Part shown: piece after piece, positions 16,925 through 25,194 of the stretch
Numbering within the stretch: the stretch's first letter is position 1
Layout of the letters: the number at the start of each line of letters is the position of its first letter
Source of the DNA: Deltaproteobacteria bacterium
GTDB taxonomy: Bacteria; Chloroflexota; Dehalococcoidia; Dehalococcoidales; BS750m-G39
DNA length: 64,000 nt
Direction: 5' to 3'
Assembly (NCBI GenBank): GCA_030603275.1
Contig: JAUVYB010000006.1
Span: forward strand, 5,205 to 69,204
Notes under the pieces: model-generated
What the model saw: the letters and a program-made list of their open reading frames with translations, nothing else
Database searches by the model: none
Told to the model about the DNA's origin: nothing
Program-made: the position numbers and the translations under genes

Positions 16925-17060
16925 GCTTTTAGAAGGTGTTCCGCTTCCCACCCATACCCACCCTACAGATGTTAGAACCTCTTTAACACCCCTTAAAGCG
17001 GAGTGGGGAAAAGAGAGTTTAAGAGGGTGAAACCCCTTTTGGGCGGGTGGGTATGGGACG
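16925..17060. repeat. C-run/G-run inverted-repeat element (family A), copy 2
   Basis: The left arm contains CCCACCCATACCCACCC (16947-16963). The right arm is a hairpin followed by TTTTGGGCGGGTGGGTATGGG (17037-17057). The 13-nt CCCATACCCACCC is perfectly complementary to GGGTGGGTATGGG. Confidence 0.8.
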
Positions 17061-17320
17061 AAAGAGAACTGTTAAAAAGGGGGAGGAGTGGAGGCCACCG
17101 AAGGGGGGATAGAGGGGGGCGAAGGTCTCAAAGCTACATTACATATAGAAGGGTGACGCCCTGAGAGCCATTATCAGGGGCTTAAACAGCAAAACCCATC
17201 CAGATACAGGTAGCCCTATAGGGCAAAGCCCTGATGATACTACAGGGGGTCTTGGATAGGACAAAGGTGTGTATCTGGGAAGCAAAAGAGAGTTTTAGAG
17301 GGGGCTAAAGGGAGTTAAAA

Positions 17321-17355
17321 AGAGGCGGAGCCTCTTTTGGGCGGGAGGGTGGGAA
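17321..17355. repeat. family A right-arm-only copy
   Basis: AGAGGCGGAGCCTCTTTTGGGCGGGAGGGTGGGAA: a hairpin (AGAGGC/GCCTCT) followed by GGGCGGGAGGGTGGG (17339-17353). Confidence 0.7.
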
Positions 17356-17427
17356 GCAAGACAACTGAAAACAGAGGGGATACAGGGGATAGGGTCACCT
17401 TATCCCCAATCAAAACTGCTAAAAGGA

Positions 17428-18507
17428 TTATGCAATCTCTACCCTGCCAATGAGCTTTTCTACTTCCTGGCGATCGTTGCAGAAGGCGAGCAGGGACTCC
17501 CCGGTGATGAGCCGCTTGAGATAGAGGTTGACCAGAGCTTCATCCAGAGAAATCATGCCCATTTCCCGGTGGGTGCGGATAACATTGGGTAACTGGTATA
17601 TTTTGCCTTCTCGGATGAGGTTCTTTACCGGCGCGTTAGCCAGCATAACCTCCACCGCGGCTACCCTCCCGGAGCTATCAGCCCTGGGGACAAGCACCTG
17701 GCAGAGCACGGCAACCAGCAGTGAGGCCAACCGAGTCTGAGCCAGAAAGCGCTCGTGGGGCGGGAACAGGTCTATTATCCTCTCTACCGCCTGGGGGGCG
17801 CTGGGGGCATGGCCGGTAGATAGTATCAAATGCCCCGTCTCTGCGATGGTTAACACCGCCGAAGCCGTCTCCAAATCCCTCATCTCACCCACCAGAATCA
17901 CGTCGGGGTCCTGCCTTAAGACATGCTTCAGCGCCTGGGCAAAGGAAAGGGTATCACTGCCCAGCTGACGCTGGGTTATGGCACACTTAATTGAGGGGTG
18001 AACATACTCAATGGGGTCTTCAATGGTAACTATGTGGCGGGCTTCATTATTGTTCAGATGGTTAATCATGGCCGCCTGTGAAGTGGATTTACCGCTACCG
18101 GTAGGCCCGGTGACTATTATCAGCCCCCTCGGCTTCAGGGCAAGTTCTGTATATATCGAGGGTAATTCCATGTCCTCTACCGTCGGAATCTCCGGCGGTA
18201 GTAAGCGCACGGCCAGGCTGATAGATCCCCGCTGCTGGGCAGCGTTGCAGCGCAGACGCCCAACACCGTCCAGGGTATAGCCAAAATCAAGCTCCAGGTG
18301 GCGGTGGAATTCCTCTCTTTCCTCGGGAGTAGTTACCTGGAGAAAAGCCTGGCTGATATCCTCAGCGCTTAATGGCGCCGTGCCGTTCAGCGGCTCCAGG
18401 GAGCCCCTCACCCGCAGTAACGGCGGGCTGGAGACTACCATATGTAAATCAGAAGCGGCCTTGGCTTTAGCTGTATGAAGTAATTCAAAAATATCCATAT
18501 TCACCAC
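17428..18507 (-). CDS. pilT: type IV pilus retraction ATPase
   Basis: 359 aa. Contains Walker A GPTGSGKST, the Asp box, Walker B ILVGEMRD, the His box and the PilT-specific AxxxxHLxLSTGH-type motif (ETGHLILSTGH). Confidence 0.93.
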   Translation of the reverse strand: MVNMDIFELLHTAKAKAASDLHMVVSSPPLLRVRGSLEPLNGTAPLSAEDISQAFLQVTTPEEREEFHRHLELDFGYTLDGVGRLRCNAAQQRGSISLAVRLLPPEIPTVEDMELPSIYTELALKPRGLIIVTGPTGSGKSTSQAAMINHLNNNEARHIVTIEDPIEYVHPSIKCAITQRQLGSDTLSFAQALKHVLRQDPDVILVGEMRDLETASAVLTIAETGHLILSTGHAPSAPQAVERIIDLFPPHERFLAQTRLASLLVAVLCQVLVPRADSSGRVAAVEVMLANAPVKNLIREGKIYQLPNVIRTHREMGMISLDEALVNLYLKRLITGESLLAFCNDRQEVEKLIGRVEIA

Positions 18508-19986
18508 CTATTCTAGGAGAAACTCGAATTCATACCCTATGAATTCGTCCTCGCAGTCCAGCCTAGCTTCTATTGACGAGATAATGATCCTCAAGAACTG
18601 TCCTCTCAAATCTCTGGCATAGGCGAAAATATCGTCCTCGGCATCAATCTCTTCCTTGACCAGGCCGTTGATCGTCACGTCTTCCTCTTCGTGATTAATC
18701 TCGATGAAGTCAGCGTCTTGCGGCAACAGCCTTACGATATCGTCCATGTGCTGATCAACCAGCCCGCGAAAGGCTCCCAGAGAGTCGAGAGTAGTCTCAA
18801 AAACATCGGTCCTGGCTTCTACGGGTGCAATCTCGGCTTCCATCTGGGCAACCTGCTCCTTTAGCGTCGCTATCTCCACACGCTCCTGGGTAACACGGGT
18901 CTCGATGGTTGCCAGCTGAGAACGCAGTTCCTCATTTTGAGTCATGGTGTTGCGGAGCATAATTCCCATATAGACCAGTATGCCCGCGCCAATAATGACA
19001 CCAACCGGGACCAGGATGGCGGATAAGGGAATAGCTTTGGGCAGGTACATCTGGGGTAGTGCGTTGAAGTTTACCAGGGAAACCTGGGTCTCGTCTTTTT
19101 CTGGAAATAGTTCCTTGAACGCCAACCCGATATTGACCATAAATTCGCTGGGGTTAAAGCTCTCCGGCGATTCCACCGGCGATGGTAATATCGACACCGG
19201 GCATTTTAACTTGCCCGATAGCGACTGCCAGTTCTCCGGTGTCTGCGCCAGGTCACCACAGACAAACATGGGTACCGTTGCATCTAAAGGTTGTTCCTTG
19301 TGGCTGGAATTGTAGAAGGCAACGGTCCGGTCAATCTCCTCCGTGATGGTGGGTATCTTTTCTGCCAGCGATGCCGCCTCGCCGGGCAGTGATAGGGTAC
19401 GGATTAGCTGGGGTAGCCTATCTACCATGATTATGATATCAAGGCTGTCCAGCCTGGTGTTGACAATTAACGCCCGGGGCTCATTCAGGGTTCGGCAGAC
19501 TGCCAGCGGGGCCAGGTCCATAATATATGGCTCAATACCCGCTGTTTTTAGCGTCCGATATGAAGAGTCGGCTACATTGCGGGGAAAGGCGGCCAGGAAA
19601 ACGCGTGTCTCTCCCGCCGGCGCCGGAATACGCTGGTAGGAAAGGTATACCTCATCTAAAGGTACCGGTATCACCCTGGCCGCTTCCTGCTTGACCGCTT
19701 CGGGTAGTATGGCCTCAGGTAGCTCGGGCAGGGAAATCAGACGGTATAGAGAGTTGAGGCCGCTTAAACCAACGACGTACTTCCCCCCGGTTTCTTTTAC
19801 CATCTTGAGTAGTTCCTTTATTTTATCAGCCACCTGGGTTTCATCAACGACTACCCCCTGGCTGACCAGACCCGGCTCCAGGTACAGGCTGGCCCACTTC
19901 TTTACCCGCTTGCCCTCAACAACCACCAGGTTAACCGTGTTGTCATTTATAAATAGAGTTTTAATTTTTTTAGCCATCATCCTCAC
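18508..19986 (-). CDS. pilM: PilM-like actin-fold protein fused to a PilN-like TM/coiled-coil region
   Basis: 492 aa. The first ~320 aa are PilM-like. They are followed by one TM segment (AIPLSAILVPVGVIIGAGILVYMGIML), a coiled coil and an acidic C-terminal domain. The stop abuts the pilT start. Confidence 0.75.
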   Translation of the reverse strand: MRMMAKKIKTLFINDNTVNLVVVEGKRVKKWASLYLEPGLVSQGVVVDETQVADKIKELLKMVKETGGKYVVGLSGLNSLYRLISLPELPEAILPEAVKQEAARVIPVPLDEVYLSYQRIPAPAGETRVFLAAFPRNVADSSYRTLKTAGIEPYIMDLAPLAVCRTLNEPRALIVNTRLDSLDIIIMVDRLPQLIRTLSLPGEAASLAEKIPTITEEIDRTVAFYNSSHKEQPLDATVPMFVCGDLAQTPENWQSLSGKLKCPVSILPSPVESPESFNPSEFMVNIGLAFKELFPEKDETQVSLVNFNALPQMYLPKAIPLSAILVPVGVIIGAGILVYMGIMLRNTMTQNEELRSQLATIETRVTQERVEIATLKEQVAQMEAEIAPVEARTDVFETTLDSLGAFRGLVDQHMDDIVRLLPQDADFIEINHEEEDVTINGLVKEEIDAEDDIFAYARDLRGQFLRIIISSIEARLDCEDEFIGYEFEFLLE

Positions 19987-20621
19987 CTTGGAAATCCATA
20001 TATTGCGAGTTTAATAGTAGCCTCCGGCCCCATCTCGCCGCCGTCTAGTTCCTCCGGAGGTTCAAGAGCCTCTATAGCCGCCACCTTGAAAGTTGCCACA
20101 CCAAAGTCCGGGGTGGTGACTATGAGATGAATGAATTCGAGCACCTTATCTACCGTCTGGTCAATGTAAATTTCAAAGTCCCCCGCGTTGCCGGGAAGCG
20201 AATCACTATTCCACACCACCACTTCAAAAGTGGTAACAGCGTAGGTGATGTCAGTCCCCTTTACTACCTCTTCCTTCGGTTCTGAGGCCGTGAGCTCGAC
20301 TATTAGCAGGCCAGACTGCTTGGCAAGCTTGAATATTACTTCGTCGTATTCAATACTTTCTACCGACTTGGGGAATTTTCCCTCGCTCTTACTAAGCGCA
20401 AATATGGCCTTATCCAACTCACCTTCCCATTGGGCCAGTTGACCAGCCAAATCATCCTTCTCTGCGAGCAGCTCTGGCAGGAGACCCTGAGTAGTAGTCA
20501 GGTTCTTATTTAACAGCACCTGCTCTCCCGACTGCCCCGAGTAGAGAGTGAACAGGATGGCAAAGCCGAGTATGAAAATGCCAATTCCCAAAACTAATAA
20601 GGCTGTCTTACTTACTTTCAT
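19983..20621 (-). CDS. PilO-like bitopic pilus assembly protein (hypothetical)
   Basis: 212 aa. An N-terminal TM segment (TALLVLGIGIFILGFAILFTLY), then a coiled coil and a globular domain. It overlaps pilM by 4 nt. The call rests on topology and context only. Confidence 0.4.
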   Translation of the reverse strand: MKVSKTALLVLGIGIFILGFAILFTLYSGQSGEQVLLNKNLTTTQGLLPELLAEKDDLAGQLAQWEGELDKAIFALSKSEGKFPKSVESIEYDEVIFKLAKQSGLLIVELTASEPKEEVVKGTDITYAVTTFEVVVWNSDSLPGNAGDFEIYIDQTVDKVLEFIHLIVTTPDFGVATFKVAAIEALEPPEELDGGEMGPEATIKLAIYGFPR

Positions 20622-20625
20622 TTAA

Positions 20626-22944
20626 TTACCCCCTAATCAAATAGCTTATGGTGCCGCCGCTGGTGACCTCACTGGAAAAGGAGAGAATGATGTACACCAG
20701 GTTCCAGGAGTCAGTCCCGGTAGGTAAGTCCACCTGAGCCGAGGCATCTCCCGGGTTTATGGTAGGATACGTAACTATAAAGGTATCAATATCTATCCCG
20801 TCCTCCGCAAGCCCCGGGGATGCCGAATTCCACACATTAGTAGAAGGGCTTGCCGCATTAGAAAGGAAGTCACCATTGACACTTATCCGGTCACCTGTAT
20901 AGGCATCATCTCCCTCACCGACAAAGCAGGTCAGACGAGCAGCATGATCCTCATCCATAACATCCTCCGGGGCAAGGAAACCGCTTATAATGCCCCCGGG
21001 ACTGCCATCACCATCAAAATCAACATTGCAGTTCATACCAGAGTAAATAAAGTCATCGTAGAGATAGAGCTGATGCCGGTCGATATCCGGGCCGGAGTAG
21101 ATGAGTATCAGCGACCAGGCGGCGTAGGACCACTCATTACCGGTATCACCGTCTACTTCACCAACAGTGTAGGTTCCATTGCCACTGGTAATACCAGCAA
21201 ACTTGACCAGTGCAGTTACATCCTTTTTGCAGGCGTAGGAAAAGCCGTTGGGCACACCTGAGCCGGTGAAGTTTGCCAGGTAGTGAGAGTCTATAGCGCT
21301 GGCGGTTATCTCCCCGCTACCGGATGCCGGATCGCCGTCACCATCGAAGTGATACTGGGTGCCATTTACCTCAAAAATGACCGAATCATCGCACACCGTC
21401 TCAATTGCTTCGACTTTAATATTGTCAATATAGACTTTCTCATTCAGGGATCCAGCGTCCCAAAAAAGCCGCATCCTGAAGCTATCGGTTATATATTCAC
21501 TGGGAATGGCGCAGCTGTAACTGCTATCTGGGTTATTGCCCAGAAAGACTTCTATACCATCACTATCATCATCACTCCAGCTGCTACCGCCGTCCCCGGA
21601 AAAGGCAAGGTACAGACCCTCGTGTTCGTCTACATAATCGCTGGCGTCTTGTTGCCAGGCAACCCTGACCAAATTATAGTCCGCGTAGGCACTCAGGTCC
21701 AGGCTGACTGTATCCGGGATAACCATGGTAAGGGTTCTAGCGCCTGGAGTGGCACCACCCTCCCCCATAAATCTTACGTTCCCCGGCGGCGTGCCGGCAA
21801 GCTCGTCCCAGTGGCTACCAGCCGACCAGTTAGTTAAGTCGGAACAACTATCGGAAAATACCTGAATCGGATTTCCTACCAGCCAGGCCGACCAGTAAAG
21901 ATAGGCAGCCTCTACATGGGCACCGGCGGGGATATCACCAACCGTGGCATCGCTCTCATCAAGCAGTGTATCCCGTATGAGCGGACCCCCCGTCATCAAG
22001 GTAGCACCTATGGCGCGGTAGTCTCCGGCTACGGCAAGACCAAGTTCACGCAGCTCATTTTCGGCAGCATAGGCCTCAATAGTTATAGTCTTACCTGTAT
22101 CTACATCCGTAGCATCGCTGGTAATCTGGTAATACTTAAGGTCAACATCCCAGGAGAGATAAATATCGGTTCGCTTTGCCTTTACCCAGGAAAAGGCTGA
22201 CGAAGGACGTCCCTGCGGCGTGAACTGGAAAGTGATAATTCGCTTATCGCCCTCACCGGGAAGGTCTTCAAACTTGGGACTGGGAGAGCCGAAATCCCAC
22301 ATTACGGCACTACCACTCCGATGGGGAGTGACTGTCGGCACACAGTAATAATCCGCACCCGGGTTATCCTCAAGGTTACTGGAACCGGGCACATAGGTAT
22401 AGCCACCCGGCAGCCATGCCCCTATTCTCTCTAGAGTTAATACGCCGAGACTCTGGTCATAGTTTATTGAAATCTGATATAAACCATTGCCGTCTTCTTC
22501 CCCGACAGTATCGCCGACAACCACAATGTCAGCATGCGGCGTCATACCAGTGGGGGGGGTCTCCAGGCCGTCGAGCACCCACTGCGGCTGTATGGTAACA
22601 AGTACATTATTGCCATTGACCGGATCAGTCAGGGAATAGGTATATGTTGCATCGTAAGCATCAGAGTCTATCCAAGGACCGTCCCACTCTTCCGGCAGTA
22701 ACGGGTTATCCACTTGTATCCTGTGTAAGGCATCCTCCACCCCGGAATCAGCCGCATATTGCCCGTACATCTTCTCTTCAAAGACTTCTCTGCCCGTCCT
22801 GAGCCCCGTGCTTACGTGGCTCAACATCGGGGCGATGACGAGGGCGCTTACAAGCATGAGCAGCACTACTATAATAAGTGCCTGTCCCTTCTCATCTGCC
22901 TTAAATTTGTTTAATGTCTTTTTCCTCATTTTCCCCCTCCCCAA
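20626..22944 (-). CDS. large pilus-associated protein with PilX_N-like hydrophobic N-terminus
   Basis: 772 aa. KGQALIIVVLLMLVSALVIAPML resembles PilX N-terminal segments and lacks the G|FxxxE prepilin site. The rest is a D/G/S/T-rich presumed extracellular region. The gene is embedded between the minor pilins and the pilO-like gene. Confidence 0.45.
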   Translation of the reverse strand: MGRGKMRKKTLNKFKADEKGQALIIVVLLMLVSALVIAPMLSHVSTGLRTGREVFEEKMYGQYAADSGVEDALHRIQVDNPLLPEEWDGPWIDSDAYDATYTYSLTDPVNGNNVLVTIQPQWVLDGLETPPTGMTPHADIVVVGDTVGEEDGNGLYQISINYDQSLGVLTLERIGAWLPGGYTYVPGSSNLEDNPGADYYCVPTVTPHRSGSAVMWDFGSPSPKFEDLPGEGDKRIITFQFTPQGRPSSAFSWVKAKRTDIYLSWDVDLKYYQITSDATDVDTGKTITIEAYAAENELRELGLAVAGDYRAIGATLMTGGPLIRDTLLDESDATVGDIPAGAHVEAAYLYWSAWLVGNPIQVFSDSCSDLTNWSAGSHWDELAGTPPGNVRFMGEGGATPGARTLTMVIPDTVSLDLSAYADYNLVRVAWQQDASDYVDEHEGLYLAFSGDGGSSWSDDDSDGIEVFLGNNPDSSYSCAIPSEYITDSFRMRLFWDAGSLNEKVYIDNIKVEAIETVCDDSVIFEVNGTQYHFDGDGDPASGSGEITASAIDSHYLANFTGSGVPNGFSYACKKDVTALVKFAGITSGNGTYTVGEVDGDTGNEWSYAAWSLILIYSGPDIDRHQLYLYDDFIYSGMNCNVDFDGDGSPGGIISGFLAPEDVMDEDHAARLTCFVGEGDDAYTGDRISVNGDFLSNAASPSTNVWNSASPGLAEDGIDIDTFIVTYPTINPGDASAQVDLPTGTDSWNLVYIILSFSSEVTSGGTISYLIRG

Positions 22945-22953
22945 TCCTGATTA

Positions 22954-23502
22954 TTATGAGCCTGGCCTGGGAATAACTTCATATGTCCTGGTCTCCGTTT
23001 GCGCTGCCGAACCAGCGCCCACAGTTGCCGTTACCGTGAAGACAAGCGTGCCACCGGTATATTCACAACTGGTATTTCCCGGGTCAATAAATTCCGCTAT
23101 AACTCCCATCGTAGCGGCCCCAGAATTAATAGAATGGGCCCGCTGGAGTTCGTCACCGACTATACTGTAAATAACTGTATGTACTTCATTATTAGTCCAG
23201 TCACTCCAGGTTAAGGTAAAGGGAAACCTGGAGCCGTCAGGGTCATCAACCGACTCATCAGCTAAGACCAAATCTTGAGCCATCAGAACATCGTGGCTGA
23301 CCCAGTAGCCGGCACTCTGTACCTGCCTGACTGCAGTCATGTGGGCGCTGGTGCGGCCACTGCTATCAACTACCTGGAAAATAGTCATCGTAACGGCACC
23401 GGTGATAATGCCGCTAATGGCCATAGCTATCGTCAGTTCCATCAGGGTGAAACCCAGCTGGTTTCTATTTATCGACCTTAGAATGTGAAATATCTTAACC
23501 AT
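22954..23502 (-). CDS. minor (pseudo)pilin with prepilin-type N-terminal cleavage/methylation domain
   Basis: 182 aa; the N-terminus reads NQLG|FTLMELTIAMAISGIITGAV. Confidence 0.8.
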   Translation of the reverse strand: MVKIFHILRSINRNQLGFTLMELTIAMAISGIITGAVTMTIFQVVDSSGRTSAHMTAVRQVQSAGYWVSHDVLMAQDLVLADESVDDPDGSRFPFTLTWSDWTNNEVHTVIYSIVGDELQRAHSINSGAATMGVIAEFIDPGNTSCEYTGGTLVFTVTATVGAGSAAQTETRTYEVIPRPGS

Positions 23503-23505
23503 GAC

Positions 23506-23955
23506 CTATATACCCCTTTGTGCCCTGTAGCCCTCTAAGGTGAATATTTCCTTTGTTTCCTCGCTAACAGTATGTTGTATAGTCACCGTTATAACCTGGA
23601 TGCCATCGTCAATAGCACCATTCAAAGGTACAGTACTGACAATAACGGTATAACCATCATAATCACCGGAAAGCAGTGGTGGAGGGTCATCATCCCACCA
23701 GTCCGCCGCTGGCGGGTCTGTTGAACTAAGGTCTGACGAAGTGACGGTGTAATTCCAATCGGCACTACTGTACTCCAGGCTCCTGACATATTCCATCTGA
23801 GTTCGTGCCAGGCTTTCAGAAGTGGCCCGCTCATCGGCAATCATGATGGCTCTGGAACCAGTGGCCAGGGCGTTGAGAAAGGCGACAGCTACTACACCCA
23901 GCAAAGCTATGGCTAGTGCTACCTCCATTAGACCGAAGCCTTTTTCATCTTTCAT
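23506..23955 (-). CDS. minor (pseudo)pilin with prepilin-type N-terminus
   Basis: 149 aa; the N-terminus reads MKDEKG|FGLMEVALAIALLGVVAVAFL. Confidence 0.75.
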   Translation of the reverse strand: MKDEKGFGLMEVALAIALLGVVAVAFLNALATGSRAIMIADERATSESLARTQMEYVRSLEYSSADWNYTVTSSDLSSTDPPAADWWDDDPPPLLSGDYDGYTVIVSTVPLNGAIDDGIQVITVTIQHTVSEETKEIFTLEGYRAQRGI

Positions 23956-23967
23956 AGCTCTTAGCTC

Positions 23968-25179
23968 CTAGGCATTCATTTGGCCGTAGATAGAATACAT
24001 GGCTGAAATTAGAGAGACTGCAACAAAGCCAATTACTACGGCAATCCCTATAATCATGGCCGGTTGAATAAATCCCACAGCAGAACTCGTCCTGTCATCA
24101 GCCTCAACCTCATAACTCTGAGCTACCGTAGTTAGCGTGTTGTCCAGGTTGCCGGTTTCTTCACCAACTCCCACCATCTGCACCATGAGGGGCAGGAAGA
24201 GTTTATTCTTGCCCATGGGCTTGGATAAGCCCTGGCCTCTAATCAATTCCTGCTGAACCTCGGTTAGCGCTTCGACCATAGCCTTGTTGTTACTGCCGTG
24301 AATCACCAGCGACATGATTTCGGGTAAGGGTAAGCCAACCTTGAAAAGGAGTGCCATAGTTCGACAACAGCGGCTAAGCTCGCTAAGTACATTAATTCGA
24401 CCTACTAGTGGCAGAGTTAGCCTTAATTTATCCAATTGATATTTGCCGGCTGGCGTCCTGATGTATAAATAGCCCACAATAATCACCGCCACTAGCGCCA
24501 GCATGAGGAAAAGCCCGTTCTGGATAAGCCAATCAGATCCGTCCAGAAGCAGCTTCGTTGCCGCCGGTAGCTCAACGTCGAAAGCCCCGTACAGGTCAAT
24601 AAAGGTGGGCATGACAAAGGCAACCAATATGGCTATCACTACTAAGGCTACAACGGCCAGCATAACGGGGTAGGCAAGAGCGCCTTTAATCTTCTTTTCG
24701 GTGTTAAGATTTCTCTCCAGATAATCAGCCATCTGCCGTAGCACCACTTCCATGTTGCCACCCTGCTCGCCCGCCGCTATCGTCCGGTGATAAATTTCAG
24801 GGAAGGCACGCGGATGTTTGCTTAAGGCCGTGGATAACGAAGTGCCACCACGAATGTCAGAGGCTACCTGACCAATTATCGCCTTGAGGCCGCGATTGGT
24901 GGACTGGCCCTGTAATAGCTCTAAAGAAGTAACAATGTCAGTGCCAGACTCAAGGAGTAGCGCCAGCTGGCGGGAAAACATTATTATTTCTCTTGGCTTT
25001 ATCCGTGAAAAGCGGCCGGTAATACTGCCCAGGTTTAAGAAGGGGGTTATCATCTTAAGGCTTACCAACTGGTAGCCACCATAGTTTAATAGGCTGGCGG
25101 CGGATCCTTCGTCGGTGGCCGAAAGCCTGCCTTTAACCAGTTTTTTCTCCGATGTGTAAGCTATGTACTGAAAATCCAT
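23968..25179 (-). CDS. pilC: type IV pilus platform protein (GspF/PilC family)
   Basis: 403 aa. Two T2SSF repeats and three TM segments, with typical motifs (FSRQLALLLESG, LCRTMALLFKVGLPL-like). Confidence 0.93.
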   Translation of the reverse strand: MDFQYIAYTSEKKLVKGRLSATDEGSAASLLNYGGYQLVSLKMITPFLNLGSITGRFSRIKPREIIMFSRQLALLLESGTDIVTSLELLQGQSTNRGLKAIIGQVASDIRGGTSLSTALSKHPRAFPEIYHRTIAAGEQGGNMEVVLRQMADYLERNLNTEKKIKGALAYPVMLAVVALVVIAILVAFVMPTFIDLYGAFDVELPAATKLLLDGSDWLIQNGLFLMLALVAVIIVGYLYIRTPAGKYQLDKLRLTLPLVGRINVLSELSRCCRTMALLFKVGLPLPEIMSLVIHGSNNKAMVEALTEVQQELIRGQGLSKPMGKNKLFLPLMVQMVGVGEETGNLDNTLTTVAQSYEVEADDRTSSAVGFIQPAMIIGIAVVIGFVAVSLISAMYSIYGQMNA

Positions 25180-25194
25180 GATACCTCCAGACCA

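Noticed and set aside
15141-17300. A recurring GTTTTAGAG/GCTTTTAGA motif (near 15144, 15294, 16926 and 17292) that superficially resembles the start of some CRISPR repeats.
   Set aside because: The spacing is irregular and there is no array of identical repeats with unique spacers. No cas genes are in the window. The motif is part of the family A repeat arms.
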